Assembly: GCA_030704615.1 (NCBI GenBank)
Contig: CM060731.1
Coordinates: 49,166,001 to 49,230,000 of the forward strand
DNA: 64,000 bases
DNA from: Takakia lepidozioides
Lineage: Eukaryota; Plantae; Bryophyta
Direction of reading: 5' to 3'
The position numbers and the translations under genes were made by a program. Shown piece by piece: positions 13,900-27,432 of this stretch; positions within the stretch are counted from its first letter, which is position 1, and each line of letters begins with the position of its first letter. Under the pieces are notes generated by a model that did not search any database, was not told the DNA's origin, and was given only the letters and a program-made list of their open reading frames with translations.

Positions 13900-16800
13900 C
13901 ATTGCATAATGGTCTTTGAAAATTGAAGAGAACACATAGAGACCATATCCAATGCCTTGGAAGTACTTGACAATGGCTTCAAACATAATGTACCAAAGAT
14001 GCCTAGCAAAGCAGGACAAGGACTATACGGGGGCTTGGATGGAAGGTGAAGCTGTTGACACCTCCATGTTGCATGGGTGTGCCACGGGCTTTGTTGTGTA
14101 TTTGTGTGCATTGGTGCAAAAGAGAGTACGTAAGTACCCCACCAGCAGGAAGCAGAAATAAGCCTGGATAAATGCAAGCACAATTCTGCAAAGGAAGGAT
14201 ATCTCCCATCACACTTCCTGCCAGGCGAATGTCATGATCTGGAATCCTGAATCTCCGGACCAAAAGCAATTTCAGGTTTAGGTGTGTGAACATAGATTCC
14301 AACTTTGGATTGGGTTGGTTGTGTGCAGTGAAGATAGATTCCCCACTTAAAATAGACTCTTCTCTGAACTAGAAGTACACAATGAAGTTATGCTTGAGGG
14401 AGCAGAAGCCGCAAGACTACCTAGAGGACAGCTTGCTGCACTTTCTGAGTCTGGCCTTTTGATGCCTTACCTGCCACAGTGCACATAAAAGCCACATGTC
14501 AAAAAGATTGATTAACTGTTGTAGCTGTGATCTCACCATGGAGGAAGCTGAATTACATGGGTCACTTATATTCTGCGAGGTACCGTTGAATCAAGAGACA
14601 CACAAGATTTGCCCTCCATGAGGTCCTCAATATCTTCCTTGGTGCAGTCACTGCACCTCCCATCTTACACTGCTTTAGATAGAGTTATAAGCAACTAGAA
14701 AGAGCACATGTTCATGCTGAGACATATCCCATCTCTATGCGAACTATAATGGTGTTGAAGAGCAGCATAGGAAAGAAAGCAATGGAACCTGATGCACATT
14801 ATCAGTTTGGGTGACACAAATCTCAGGTGAGCTCGAAACAAAATTGTTTGAAGCAAATAGGAAATCAGTTTCATTAAAAATACAGGTGGAATTCACAAAA
14901 AGAAATAATCAAAGGTTTACAGGCTGACCATTGCCCTAAACAGTTGAGAATTGCAAACAATCCTTACTTACCAGAGCTCTGCCCAATAAACTCCATTGCT
15001 TTGACAACATCTCCAACTCTGTTGAGAGCTTCCATAATGTCTCTGCAATTAGGGATCACACACTAGTTGATGATAGATTAAAAATTACTCGACACGTTCC
15101 CTGAAATTGATGAAGATAATCACTTGTGTCTAGCTGGATCATGTCGACCTGTCCCCATAAAAAACCAGCACCAATCTCAGGAAAGCCTTCGATGCTCAGG
15201 TAAGATTCAGCAAAGCGTTCACCCTCCACCAAAGTTCTACTATAGGTTAGGTTGCCACAGTGAACAGAAAATGCTTGGATCCTATCTACCTTGTGCTGCA
15301 AGGCCATTTGCTGTGGGTGAGGACTCTTGAGCACCTTACAAAGTAACTATTGGTAGTTGAAAGGCATAAAGACAGCCTTGATAGGGCATAGCAGAATGCC
15401 AAAGCCTATTCAGGTCTATTATTACATACTTCAACTGGGCGACAAAAGCAAACAAATTGCCATCCAAATCCATGGTATGTAGATGTACTGGATAATGGAG
15501 AGGGGTTTAACTGAAATAAGAGAGTATAATTTCCTCCATCTTTGTAGTTTGGAGCTGGAGACACCATGGCCAACACCCTGCTACATCAGGCTCCTTACAT
15601 GCTGCAGCTTAGCATTCTTTGCCAGCTGCTGTACAAAAAATGGTCAGAATAAGTTGGAGCTTCTCGAGTCCCAGATCCAGGCTGCTTCATCATCCGTATA
15701 TGCTCTCATCTGATTATCCGCAAGGTACAGAAATCTTTTGACGGTAAAAGTAGACAAACGTGAGCTTTGTGGCCTCCTCATTCATTGGGATTTGGGTGGG
15801 AGTCTGGACTGAGATGTTTTGTGGTGCATAATCTTGCAGAAAGCAGCCGGAAGGACGGAAAAAGCTACAGGAAGGCTAAAGAGATTGGGCTCGAATAAGA
15901 GCAGGTACCAGAACTTTTGCTCATTTTACCGATCTGATGAAGGACCATAAAGCACAACTGATCAGCTTTGTAGCAACCTGTGCAGAGGTTGAGTCACCTG
16001 GAGACAAAGATAGTGCACCTGGAGTGCCAAGTCCAGACCCTTTGGCAGGTAACATGAGTGTTCCCAGCATAAAGTTTCATGCTCTAATGCAGTCAACAAT
16101 CTTTTGGGCAGATTTTCCACTGGTCAGTGGAAATTGCCACCTTTTATTGCCATTGTATCCACTTGAGCTATGATTTGGACACAGACTTGGATCCAAGGGC
16201 ACTTGAGGGTCTCAAAAGTGATTAGTACCTGCAATTGGTCAAGTAACAATTCTCTTGGCTGCTTTTGAAAAGGGAAACTCAAGGGGTTCGACATGCCTTA
16301 CAATGAAGTGAGATCTCTTTTCTTGTTCTCTTTTATCCCCTCCAGATCCGTTAGTCTCCATGTCTCTGTGTGTCTCTGCGTCCCTGTCCGTAGGCCCTCT
16401 GTGGATGTTGTGAAGTCTTTTCTCTTGTATCTGCCTTTCTTTGAGCTTCCTGCAGATCTTATAAAGTACCATTCCATTTCTTCCTTTCTTCCTGAAAGCA
16501 AACACCACAACCACAATTGGACTCAGTATGCAGCAATTTTAAGTCCATTTTTATAGCGTCTTTTCTCTACACCCCTCCCCCCAACTTTTCGATCGTGTCT
16601 GAACCTGGTGAGGGTCTATATAGCAACTCGAGGTCCATGACTACATTCTCTGTGTCTCTGTTCATTTCTTTAAAGGCTGGCAAGGGCATGTTTTCCTTCT
16701 TGAAATCTGTCTATCTTCTCTCGAGTACTGAAGTCGTGTTTGTTAAGGCCCTATAGAACTTGGATGAGCAGTTGCTCGAGGAGCATGAGAAGTTTGGAAC

Positions 16801-17030
16801 TGTGCCAGATTCAAATGGCATTAAGCACCACTTTATTCTCCATCCATGCCAGGGTATCCCTGTACCGATGGATTCCCGCTTCACATTCTCAACTCATCTC
16901 CAGGTTCTCATGTGATCATTGTACCATGAAGCTATGGATTCAAGACATCGATTTATCCACTTCAGAGACTCTCTTACAGGTGAGGCGCAAAAACCATGAT
17001 ATGATTGTGATTGAATGCAGCAATAAAACA
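13900..17030. mobile_element. Highly degraded LINE (RT/endonuclease) remnants
   Basis: Stop-riddled fragments resemble LINE RT (QAQFCKGR, cf. QxxFxxGR, + strand ~14180) and endonuclease (KIDRF, - strand ~16710). Boundaries are approximate. Confidence 0.3.
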
Positions 17031-18015
17031 TAACATTCAGTATTGCAAAAGCAGCGCTCCATGGGTTCAACTCAGGTGGGACCTACTTCATCACCATATC
17101 TCTCTCAGAGCCAGATGAGTAATTAGACCTGACACTGTTCAAGTCTCAAAAGGCATGAGCAGTTATTGTTGTCTTTCAAGATTCCCAGGCTTTTTGAAGA
17201 GACCTTGACCTGACATGTATAATTGTAGCTTACCTCCAAGGAGCCACAGTCTTCAAGCGTTTTCTAAAATGGTTACTTCTTGTTCTACTGTGTCCCATTG
17301 GCCCTCATGGCCCTTGGTATGTTATGAAATTTTCTGTCTTTTTTTCTGGCCCCCAAGGACGTTATGAAGTTCCTCTCCTTTCATTTCTCTCTTTGAGCTT
17401 TCCATGGACGTTATAAAGTACAATTTCATTTCGTTTCGTTTCGTTTCACTGGCCATGCGGACTGCAGATTCCACTTCAACCAGCAGGAAATTGAGACTGT
17501 CAAATTCGTACCAATGTCTGGGTCTGGTTATCCACTCATCCAAATTTTAGTTCGCCCAACTGCATCTATGGACAGATTGACAAAGGGAAAGGCTGCCTCC
17601 ATCCGCCTCCAGGCCAAATGCAATCAGATACATCTGCGCCAGGCCCCAACATACACAAATGGAAACTACTTAGTGGCATCAAAGAGAGAGAATGAAAGGA
17701 AGGGAGGCGGACGAAGTAGAACAACACGAGAGAAACATGAGTGGTTTGTATGAGGGAGAAGTTCTTATCGTCATCTCTGAAAACTGAGGGTTGTAGCTCC
17801 ATTAAACTGCTTGACCGTAGTTGGTGCACTGACCACAACCCTTGTGACAGCGGGGATATTCTGCTAAAGAGTGAGAGCTGGAAGTGTCTGTGCTGTCACG
17901 ATTGTCAGAATAGCTGAAAATGTAGGAGTTGCAACTTGAAGCATGAAGAAGTTTCGTGAGAAGCTAAATCCATTTGATTGTGGCTATGATGAATCATGAA
18001 TATCCCAAGAGAATA

Positions 18016-18098
18016 GGGGTTCGAGTTCATCACTTCATTCGAGGGGGTCGCTCCGGATGGACAGTGGACCCTGGCATGAAGTGATGAACTCGGGCCCC
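18016..18098. other. ~83-nt stem-loop (miRNA-precursor-like or MITE remnant)
   Basis: cgagttcatcacttcat (18022-18038) is the exact reverse complement of atgaagtgatgaactcg (18076-18092). Pairing extends with G:U pairs and gggg/cccc. Confidence 0.45.
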
Positions 18099-18721
18099 CA
18101 TCACCCGCTTCTTAACTGAGACGGAGCCACAAATGGGAGGCCACTATAGGTTAGCTGGCCTGGCATGATATCTCTGCATCGCAAAGGGCTCTCCGGCACG
18201 GCTGATGCAACACTTGAGTCTTTTTGCATACGAGCGTCTCATAAGATTCCTCAAAGTGATTGGGAAGAGAGAATGGAAAACATACCCAACACCTCAGTTA
18301 TGTCGTGGGAACCCTTCTGACATGTTTCTTCTATCCCCATGGAGCCTGGAGGGAGCTGCAGATGGAAGGAAATGATAGCCAAGAGCAAAGCTCATTGTGG
18401 GCTGAAGGAACTCAAACCCTAAGCGAACGGCCCGGATTTCTAACACATGAAAAGCTTTCATCTCACATCCGATTTGCGTCAGGGATGCATAGGTGGAACT
18501 GAATTAAAAACAAACTGCAGGGAGGAAGTATGGAAATCGGGAGAGCCATCCATGTGGTCGCTCATGTGTGCCAGGATTCAAAATGTGGAGCGTCACTGAT
18601 GGACTCGTGGAACTTGAGAGTCTGGAGATTCAGGAAAAGAAATGCTTAAGTATTTATATACAGGAAGTGCAGGCCAGTAGCTACCTCAAGGGCTACTACC
18701 CCTTTCTGCAAAAATATAAGA

Positions 18722-18987
18722 AAAAAAAAAAAAAAAAAAAAAGAAAAAAAGGAAGGGCATTGAAGTGTAAATTTGATTAAAAGGGCCTCCGTCCCCTTTC
18801 CTTTTAAAAACAAATGCCCAGGCGCAGATGGAGGGGTAAAATGGAGTGCCGGACATATGGATGTGATCTAGTCCGTCCAAACGGTATCATTGACGGGCTG
18901 AGATGTGCGTGAAGGGGCAAGAATTGGGGCAAAAGGAAGAAGAAGAGCGAGGGAGGAAGGAAGGAAGGAAGGAAGGAAGGAAGGAAG
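18722..18987. repeat. Poly(A) tract and (GAAG)n microsatellite
   Basis: A-run at 18722-18750; GAAG repeats at ~18953-18987. Confidence 0.9.
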
Positions 18988-19229
18988 AGAGAAGGCGAGG
19001 GCGGTGGGGTGCTTGCGTTCCATTGCAGCCCTGAGAAGAGCCGGGCAGAGCGAGAAATAGGGGGAGAAGGATTCGAACAAGAAGGGGAATTTGATGAGGA
19101 AACAAGGGGATGGAGAATTTGGGAGGATCGCAAGATGACTCGGGGGAGAATTTGGTGTCGCAACATGAAACCCTAGGAGTGGAGGATGGGGAGTATGATG
19201 ATCGGAGCGATGGATCGCCTCACAAAAAC

Positions 19230-20922
19230 AATAGGATGTATAAGAGCACAAATTGAACGCAGGAAGAGGTGATGGTGTTGCAGGATGCGAAGCGGGAGGA
19301 TTAGGAGCGGTAGATGAGAGCGGAGGGGAAGGACAGACACCTGAGCTCGCAGGAGAGGTGGATGTACATTGAGGACCTTTGCTGGAACCAGGGTATTGAG
19401 AGGAGCGGTAGGCAATGCCAGGATAAGCGGGAGTCGCTGGTAGCATATTTCCACAAGATTAGCAAGTATGAGAAGAAGCTCAGCAATGGTCACAAATCGT
19501 ATTGGCAGATGTCGGTGACAGAGAGAAAGACAAGAAGATTTCCCCCTAAATTTTGGAAGGACGTGTAAGATGCAGTTTCTCTATGGTATGTGAGGAAGAC
19601 GACGGTTGATCCCAGCGAACTTATTCTTGACACTTCAGCCCCCTTCAAACATGAAATTGGCGATGATGAAGATACGCAAGGTCTGGTTGATGAAGATGAT
19701 GACGTCGAATTCAGGGAACCCGACGGCGGAGCCAGAGACGGCAGAGTCTACAAGAAAAACAAATGGACAGCGGAGGAAGTGATGGTGTTGCAAGCTGCCA
19801 AGATGGAGGACAAAGAAAGGAGCAAAAAGGCTAGTGCCAAAGAGAAGCGCAAGTCAGCTCAAGAAAGATGGCTATGGATTGAGGACTATTGCTGGAGCCA
19901 CGGGGCTGAGAAAAGCGCGCAACAGTGTCAGGACAAGTGGGAGTCACTAGCATCTGAGTTCAAGAAGGTGTGTACTTACGAAAGGATCAGTCCAGGCGGG
20001 GTTAAATCGTACTGGCAACAATCCCACGAGGAGAGAAAGAACAATAGATTGCCTGCCAATTTCCATAAGGAGGTCTTCCACGCCATGTCCGGCTGGTATG
20101 GCCGGAATAAAACTCTTGACCCTGGGGAGCTTGCTCTGGACACGTATGCAACTTCGCAGCCTACAGGTCACCACCACTCAAAACTGTGGCTCAAGAATTG
20201 TACAACACTCAAAGGTGTACTAGACTCCATCGGTGATCTTGAAGTGTTAAGATTCTTTTCCCTAGGGGTTGCTTCAACATACATGCATTGCCTGACTATT
20301 TGGGACTGTTGAAAGAGCTCGAAGAGTTGGACCTAGACTCTTGTACTAGCTTGGAGAGCTTGCCTGATTCCGTCGGAGCATTGATTCACCTCCGAAGACT
20401 GTGGCTCTTGAATTGTAAAGCTCTCAAAGGCCTGCCAGACTCCATTGGTAATCTTGAAGTGTTAAGATTCTTTTACCTTGAGGGTTTCTCCAACATACAA
20501 GCATTGCCTGACTGCTTGGGACTTTTGAAAGAGCTTGAAGAGTTGGACCTAGACTCTTGTACGAGCTTGGAGAGCTTGCCTGATTCTGTCGGAGCATTGA
20601 TTCATCTCCGAAGACTGTGGCTCAAGAATTGTACTGCACTCAAAGGCCTGCCAGACTCAATTGGTAATCTTGAAGTGTTAAGATTTTTTTTATCTTGAGG
20701 GTTGCTCCAATATGCAAGCGTTGTCTGACTGCTTGGGACTGTTGAAAGTGCTCGAAGAGTTGGACCTAGACTCTTGTACCAGCTTGGAGAGCTTGCCTTA
20801 TTCCGTTGATTCATCTCCGAAGACTGTGGCTCAAGAATTGTATCGCACTCAAAGGCTTGCCAGACTCCATTGGTAATCTTGAAGTATTAATATTCTTTTA
20901 CCTTGAGGGTTGCTCCAACATA
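19230..20922 (+). pseudogene. Chimeric pseudogene: tandem ASR3/SH4-type trihelix (Myb/SANT-like) domains fused to NLR-type LRRs
   Basis: There are two trihelix repeats (WTAEEVMVL...ERWLWIEDYCW...QCQDKWESL...SYWQ..EERK..LP.NF..EVF). They run in frame into KLWLKNCTTLKG.LDSIG LRRs that closely resemble the TNL LRRs. In-frame stops (~19312, ~19566) and LRR frameshifts are present, and a CACTA end cuts the gene at 20922. Confidence 0.8.
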
Positions 20923-21290
20923 CACTACTACAGATTAACGTTTTTATGACTACGGGTGATAGAAACCTTGGTAACAATGACTATATATGTAACTACGAAG
21001 TGATGAAACTCATTGTTGGGCATATTTTAATCTAATGCAGTCACACATTTTACTGCATGACCAGGAGCCGCGGTCAAACATTGTTGACCAAGAACATAGG
21101 CTTGGTTTATATAACTAGTAGTCATACACACTACTACACGTCAGACACGTGTCATATAAGCTTATGACTAAATGACTATACTACTACTACACATTGATGA
21201 CATGCCATAGAAACTTATCACTACATGACTTCATGGCTTTGTTTATATGACTACATCACTACACGTGGCATCTTAAGGCATATACATGAA
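20923..21290. mobile_element. CACTA (En/Spm) terminus with subterminal repeats
   Basis: CACTACTACAG starts exactly where LRR coding stops (…TGC TCC AAC ATA|CACTA). Repeated (c/g)actac motifs follow. The partner end was not found in the window. Confidence 0.65.
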
Positions 21291-21479
21291 TGGGTTCATC
21301 CATTGGATGACCTCATCCATCTATCTTTAATGAAGCACTTGTGTCAATGGAATGACACAAAGTGTAAAAAGTTAAAAAAATTCAAAAAGTTGCTTTAGGG
21401 TTGCCCACGTTCAGCCGTGAACACATAGGGCTGGGACTTTAGCCTCCTTTTGTCTCCCGCGCTACCATATGTTTTCGTA

Positions 21480-23194
21480 GTATCGAGCCGAAGCAGTGAG
21501 AACTTGTGTCATGGAACGGATGATCGCAGGATATGCAATGCAGGGGCGTGGGATTGAGGCTTTGTGACATATTCTTGAGCAACTGATGCAGCTTTCTTGA
21601 GCTTATTCTTGAACAAATGATGTAGGAAGGGTGAGGATATGCACAGCGGGGATGTGGTATAGAGGCTTCGAAGACGTATGAGCAAATAATGCGGGAAGGG
21701 GTGAGGCCGGACCGGGTCACGTTCGTTTGTGTTTGCAATGTGTATGCGATCCTGGCAGCCCTAGAGAAGGGTAAAAGGTCCATGGTGCCATTGTCAAATT
21801 TGGAATTGTACCCAATGTCATTCTGAACAATACCCTCGTGGACATGTATGCCAAATGTGGCAGTATTGACGATACAAAGGGAGTGTTTGAGAATATGGCT
21901 GAACGAAATGTCGTGTTCTGGAGTGTGTGATGATCGCGGGATATTCCCTAGCATGGATGTGGGATAGAGGCATTGGAGACCTATGAGCAAATGATGCAGG
22001 AAGGGGTAAAGCCAGACCTAGTCACGTTCGTTTGTATATGCAATGCCTGTGCGAGTTTGGCAGCCCTGGAAAAGGGCAAAGAGGCTCATGGTGACATCAT
22101 CAGAGCTGGAATTGTACCCGACGTCATTCTGAACAATACCCTCGTGGACATGTATGTAAAATGTGGGTGCATCGAGGATGCGAAGGGAGTTTGCAACGGT
22201 ATGGCTGAACGATGCTTGCGGGGTATGCACAGCAAGGCCGCGGGAATAAGGCTTTGGAGACCTACGATCAAATGATGGCGGAAGGTGTGAAGCCCGACCA
22301 CATCACGTTTGCATTTGCACGCCTGGCAACCCTGGAAAAGGGCAAAGATGTCCATGGTGACATTGTCAGAGTTGGAATTGTACCCGATGTCACTCTGAAC
22401 AGTACTCTCGTGGACATGTATACAAATGTGGGTGCATCGAGGATGCAAAGGGAATATTCAACAATATGGCTGAACGAGATGTGGTGTCGTGGAGTGCGAT
22501 GATTGCAGGATATGCACAGCAAGGGCGCGGGATGGAGGCTTTTGAGACCTATGAGCACCTTCTTCAATACATTTCAGCCTGTTTCCCCTGTTATCAAAGT
22601 TGTCCCTAAATTTTTAGGTTGAATTCTGCAAGTTAGCTCGTTGGTGCAAAAAGGTGAATGCCTATTGGAAGCTCAAGTCAACATATGAACTCGTGTGATA
22701 AGTAGGGTTAGGGTGTTTGCTGGAACAGAGAGATAGAGATAGTTGAGGGAGCAGGGATAGAGAGTGGGCTCAGATTCATCCAAGAGGGCCAGAGATGTGG
22801 TCTCATGGAATGCGATGATGGCAGGATATGCCCAGCATGGTAGTCATAGGGAGGCCCTGCAACTATTCGAAGGATGTAAAGGGAAGGTTTGAAGCCGAAC
22901 AGTATCACCTTTATATGCGTTCTCTCTGCATGCAGCCGTGGGGGCCTAGTGGATGAAGGCAGACACTACTTTGATTCCATGAGTGAAGATCATGGCCTCA
23001 CTCCTACAGCAGAGCAGTCTGGCTGCATGGTGGACCTTCTTGGCCGTGCAGGGCAATTGGATGAGGCTGAGGACTGCATAAACAAAATGCCAATCAAACC
23101 GGATGTTGTGCTTTGGAAAGCCTTGCTTGGTCCTGAGTGCGGTGACTCCTGTCAGGTGGGGTGGCGACGTGCAAATGGCTACAGATGCGTTTGA
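21480..23194 (+). pseudogene. PLS-class PPR gene fragments (with E-domain region), disrupted and rearranged
   Basis: Motifs include GVKPDLVTFVCICNACASLAALEKGK, NTLVDMYVKCGCIEDA and ITFICVLSACSRGGLVDEG...CMVDLLGRAGQLDEAE...PIKPDVVLWKALLG. There are many stops and frameshifts. Confidence 0.88.
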
Positions 23195-24233
23195 TCATTG
23201 CTTCCGATCTTTTTGGCCGCCATTGGGGGAACTCATGCCGGTATCAGAATGTGCTTACTCATGGCCAGATCTTGTCATTTGGTGTTGCACTGTTCTCTCA
23301 CTACTTCTCTTCCAAGCGCTTCGTGTTCACACTGTAGGTTAGTGTATTGAGTTGCTCAAACATAGCAGCTATTAATCTAGCAACAAGATGAAATTTGGAG
23401 GTGAAGGCCTATATGCCCAAACTTGTCTTTGTAGGAGTCAATAGTTTTAGTCCTTGTGATTCAGTGGAAGTCTAGCATGATTGCTTGACTAGGAGGCATC
23501 CCTTGTCAAGGAGCAGGGATATAGTGTGGGGCCAGATTCATCCAAGAGGGCTGGACTTCAAGCTCCATATTACCTTGATTCTAGGTGAATTAGTAGCTAC
23601 AAGAAACCTGCATGGGTAGATGGTCAACTAAAGGTAGTAGCTGCAGCGGCACAGTTGATAAAACCAACCAGGCACCTCACCATGACCACAACTTCTGAAA
23701 TTAGAGGATCAAGAGAGGAGTCCACTATGCCTCTTCTGGCACTTCTGGGCATGTGAAGATGCTTTTTGCGGTAGCTAGAATTGTACCGGATGTCATCCTA
23801 GAAACAGAAGCGGCAGTAGCACAATTGAAGAACAATTTGCTGCTATGAGGTATCTTCTTCAACAGAAACACATTTCATTTCACCCTGGTTTGCCCTGTTA
23901 TCAGAGTCGTCCCTAAAGATTCATGTAGAATTCTGCAAGTTAGCTTGTTCGTGATATAAGCTGGCATGAGTTTTATAAAGATCCTTCGGGATGGTGGGAC
24001 AACGCAATCACAAGGTGTGGCTTTTCTTAATTACGATGTGAAGAAGTTTGTCCATCCTGCAAAGGTGGGCTCTTGCGCTCCTGTAGTACCATTATTTGGT
24101 ATTCTTCCTTATGTTTACAGGTTCTCAAGGTTCTGGAGATCAGTTTGGTCTTAGCATGGGCTGTCGTGTTTCAAAATCTATCCTGCTCAGTCTGCAACCG
24201 TGGTGGTTCTCAGCAGACCAATCCGACATTACC

Positions 24234-25190
24234 CACTACTACGATTAGGGGGGGTTAGCGACGCCGGACCCCGAGCGCGCCAGACGCGATGACCCTCCTG
24301 GACTGCTGCGCCGCGTAGGCGCTCGGCCCGAGAATAGCGACGTCTGCGCGTCGCCGCAGCGCCGCTCTGGTGACGCTTCGCCAGCTTGCGATTCAGGTAC
24401 GTCGCTGCAGTTGGGGCATGACCCGCCAGCAAGCTGGAGGTTGCGACGCCCGGGCGTCGCACGTGCCCTCTGTGACGCTCCCGTAAGGCTGCGACATCTG
24501 GAATCGCAACAACACCCCCTCACACTTAGGCGCGTGGGGAGGGCTGAGCTAGCTCGCGCTGGGGTTTGTGACGTCCCAACATCACAGCAATGCCACAATG
24601 GCGACGTTGCGATTCCCCGCAGTCGCAGGCCTGCCGGGGCGTCGCAAGCGCCCTCTTGCCTGGGGGTCTAGGATTGGGGATTGCTGCTACATTATTTTAT
24701 TTTATTTTGTTGTGTTTTGTTCTGTGAATTCGACCCTTGCACCACTACACCGTGCAAACTATTGGACCATATGCTTAATGATAGCGTTTGCAATGTGTGT
24801 GCAAATTTTGGGAGTGAACAAAAATCATTTGGACTGAAAACCATATTTTCTTCCCTCATTTGCACTCCGAAGTTGAGTTCTTTTCAACTTCATGCACTCT
24901 CCATAGAGAGTTCCGCAATAGTGAGTGAAGCAAACTCTTTGTTTTATTTTTATTTTTGTTTGGTCCAATTTTTTCCATGGATGTAGTGGTCTGGGGTTTG
25001 CATTCACAGAATAAAATAGAGCTAAAACAAAAATCATTGCATAGGAAAAATCCACAATCATAGATATTGTAAATGCAAGGGGTTGCGACCTCCATAGGTC
25101 GCCTTGCGACGGTATTGCGACGGAATTGCAATGCCCCAACAGGTCTGCGACGGCGGGGAATCTCAATATTGCATTTTTTGTGTCTTTGCA
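24234..25190. mobile_element. Second CACTA terminus with GC-rich gcgacg subterminal repeats
   Basis: CACTACTACGA at 24234 is followed by many direct and inverted gcgacg/cgtcgc motifs (24258-24650, 25080-25170). It lies 3' of the CACTA transposase. Confidence 0.65.
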
Positions 25191-25929
25191 AAGGTCATGG
25201 CAGAGGCCAAGCTGAATGGATCCATTGTTGCAAATCTTTTTAGTACTCCTTCTGTGCTACAATATAATAGGTCTATCTTGCATGTGGGAGACCGTGATCA
25301 ACCCGGGCGGCCTTATTGTTAAAGACAAAGGGCAAGAAGAGAGGGTGGGGACACTAGGAAAGGAAAAGGGAAGGGCCATGGGATTAGTGGGTTGAGGGTA
25401 GATTGCTTTGGCAATGGCTTTGGCAACATTGTTGTCTTTCACACCAATTTCGAAGATTCTTTCTGTTGCATCAAGATCATGGTACCCAAATCGATTGAAG
25501 GGTTTCCAGGGGTAAGTCTTGGTCAGCACTTGTAGAACAAGAACCATGTCTTCCAACATTCTTGCCCTCGTACAAAAACTCAACAATCCTAGAGTCACTT
25601 TTCGAGTCACAACTTCACTAAAATCATTCCTAGATCGCCACACCTACAAAGGATTTTTTTCATGGATTTTTTATTAATCAATCATAGAAATAAGCTACAT
25701 GCATGTACATGTACAATCAATCGAAGGGATGGATACAGTTATGTGCGAGAATTATTATGTAGCTTTGATTACATGTCTAATCGACTTGAACATCATCATC
25801 CAGAGCTTTTTCATCCTCATCAAGCTGCAAGTCTTCTTGCTCATCAGAGTCATTGTCATAAATGGCCTAGTAACCAAAAGGCACATCTGAATCATCTTCC
25901 ACCTCGGTTTCAATGACCATGTCTTCATC

Positions 25930-26895
25930 TTCTTCTCCAACATCCGCATTTGATGGAGCCTCATCGTATAGGGTCTGGGATGCATTGTCTGTCATCATTC
26001 TCTTGTACCCCCTCTATCCAACCTCGGCCAACATCAGCGTCATCCTGACCAGTCTCTTCCTCCTCCGCATTTGCCTCGCCCCATGTAGATCCCCGACCAT
26101 GATAGATACGTCTTCCTCTTGGCTGAGCATGCACAACCACCTTCCAATTTCCTGATCCGGAGAAGAAAACTTGCTTCATGTCTGAAGGCCATGAAAAAGG
26201 CTCATCGGAGGGACGATGAGTAGACTCGAGCCTATCTGTATTGACACGCATGAAACCACACTTGTCTTCTACTATTGTTGCGGATGGCCCCACAAGATGT
26301 GGCTAGAACCACCTTGCCTTGAAGATAAGAGGCTGGTGCCTTGTATACTGAAGTTGGAGTATGCTCTCAAGCTCTCCAAAGTAGTTGAGTGTGCAAATGG
26401 TAGGTCGTGTATCTCCCCTGCCCCACACGGAGTCTTGCCAATATGAGGCACACAAGCCAGAATCAAACGTTGTTTTGGGCTTCATGTCAAGAGCACGAAT
26501 GTGGAGATGACGACCATGAACCCAAACCGCCGTGTATGAGGTCGCAAATTGAGAAGGGCCCCTTGCAATGTTTTGCACCAAATCTGAAACCACCTCACCT
26601 TTCGCAATGTTATCATCTACTTCAGTCCGAAGCCAATGACGGAATGAACTTAGAGGCTGCAATTCCATGGGCGATTCTTGTGAAGGCACATTCCTACGCC
26701 GGCCCCTTGCTCGTGGAGCGCGTGTAGTCGCCCTTGCATGGTTCCGCCTCCACAAACCGCCTCCTCCTGTCTTTGCTGAACAAGGTTATTGTATCTTGCC
26801 TCCCACTCATGTATGGATGGGGTTATTCCCAAAGGATACAGGAGTTGAACAGGTGAACTTTGAAGCAAATATTTCTTATTCAAATTCATCTTCAT
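25930..26895 (-). pseudogene. CACTA transposase (TnpD/Tnp2), C-terminal DUF4216-type portion
   Basis: FRHWLR...LARGP-like IARGPS...VHGRHLH...TFDSG...YFGELESILQLQY...FKARWF...GFMRVN...DEPF..PSDMKQVFF...WKVVV; contains stops. Confidence 0.85.
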
Positions 26896-26904
26896 CCTCA
26901 GTTT

Positions 26905-27432
26905 TACTTGTCCTGAACCTATTTCGGAATGCTGTATTCAAACCATTCCAGGTTAGGAAATGATTATCAGGGAATCTTGCATATCATTCACTTGCTTTCT
27001 TGATAATGGAACAAGGAAACAGTCTCATCTTGGCATCATCGCCATTCTCATTGTTCACTATACACATGTGCTCAAATTGGCTAATGTGTACATCGGGAGC
27101 CTCTTTTCCTGAATATATTGGAAAAGGTGGTTTTGCCCGAGTTGGTTGTAACGCCATCTGTGGCCCTACCTTCTGCCCACTGACAAGTGCTGGCACCCTT
27201 GCTGGTGCTGGTCCTTGAGGACCTGTTGTAGTTGTGGTGGATCTCCCACCAAGTGGTGGCCCCTGAGCACTCCCTGCTACTGGCCCCACGATATTCACAG
27301 TATTCCCAGCTCTAGTTGCACTACTTCCCACACTCCCTGTCCCCCCAGAGCCAGATCCAGGCTGCCCGCCTGATCCCCCTGAGCCGACACCTTCGTTGGC
27401 CTGTGATCCAAGTGCTCCACTTAATCCAGGTC
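26905..27432 (-). mobile_element. Ty3/gypsy-type gag, 3' part
   Basis: FPIYSGKEAPDVHISQFE...DAKMRLFPCSI..KASE(W)Y...TWNGLNTAFRNRF matches the Retrotrans_gag capsid pattern. Confidence 0.75.

Noticed and set aside
18076-18096. miR395 homolog
   Set aside because: It shares only the ATGAAGTG start and GAACTC end; the central sequence and length do not match.
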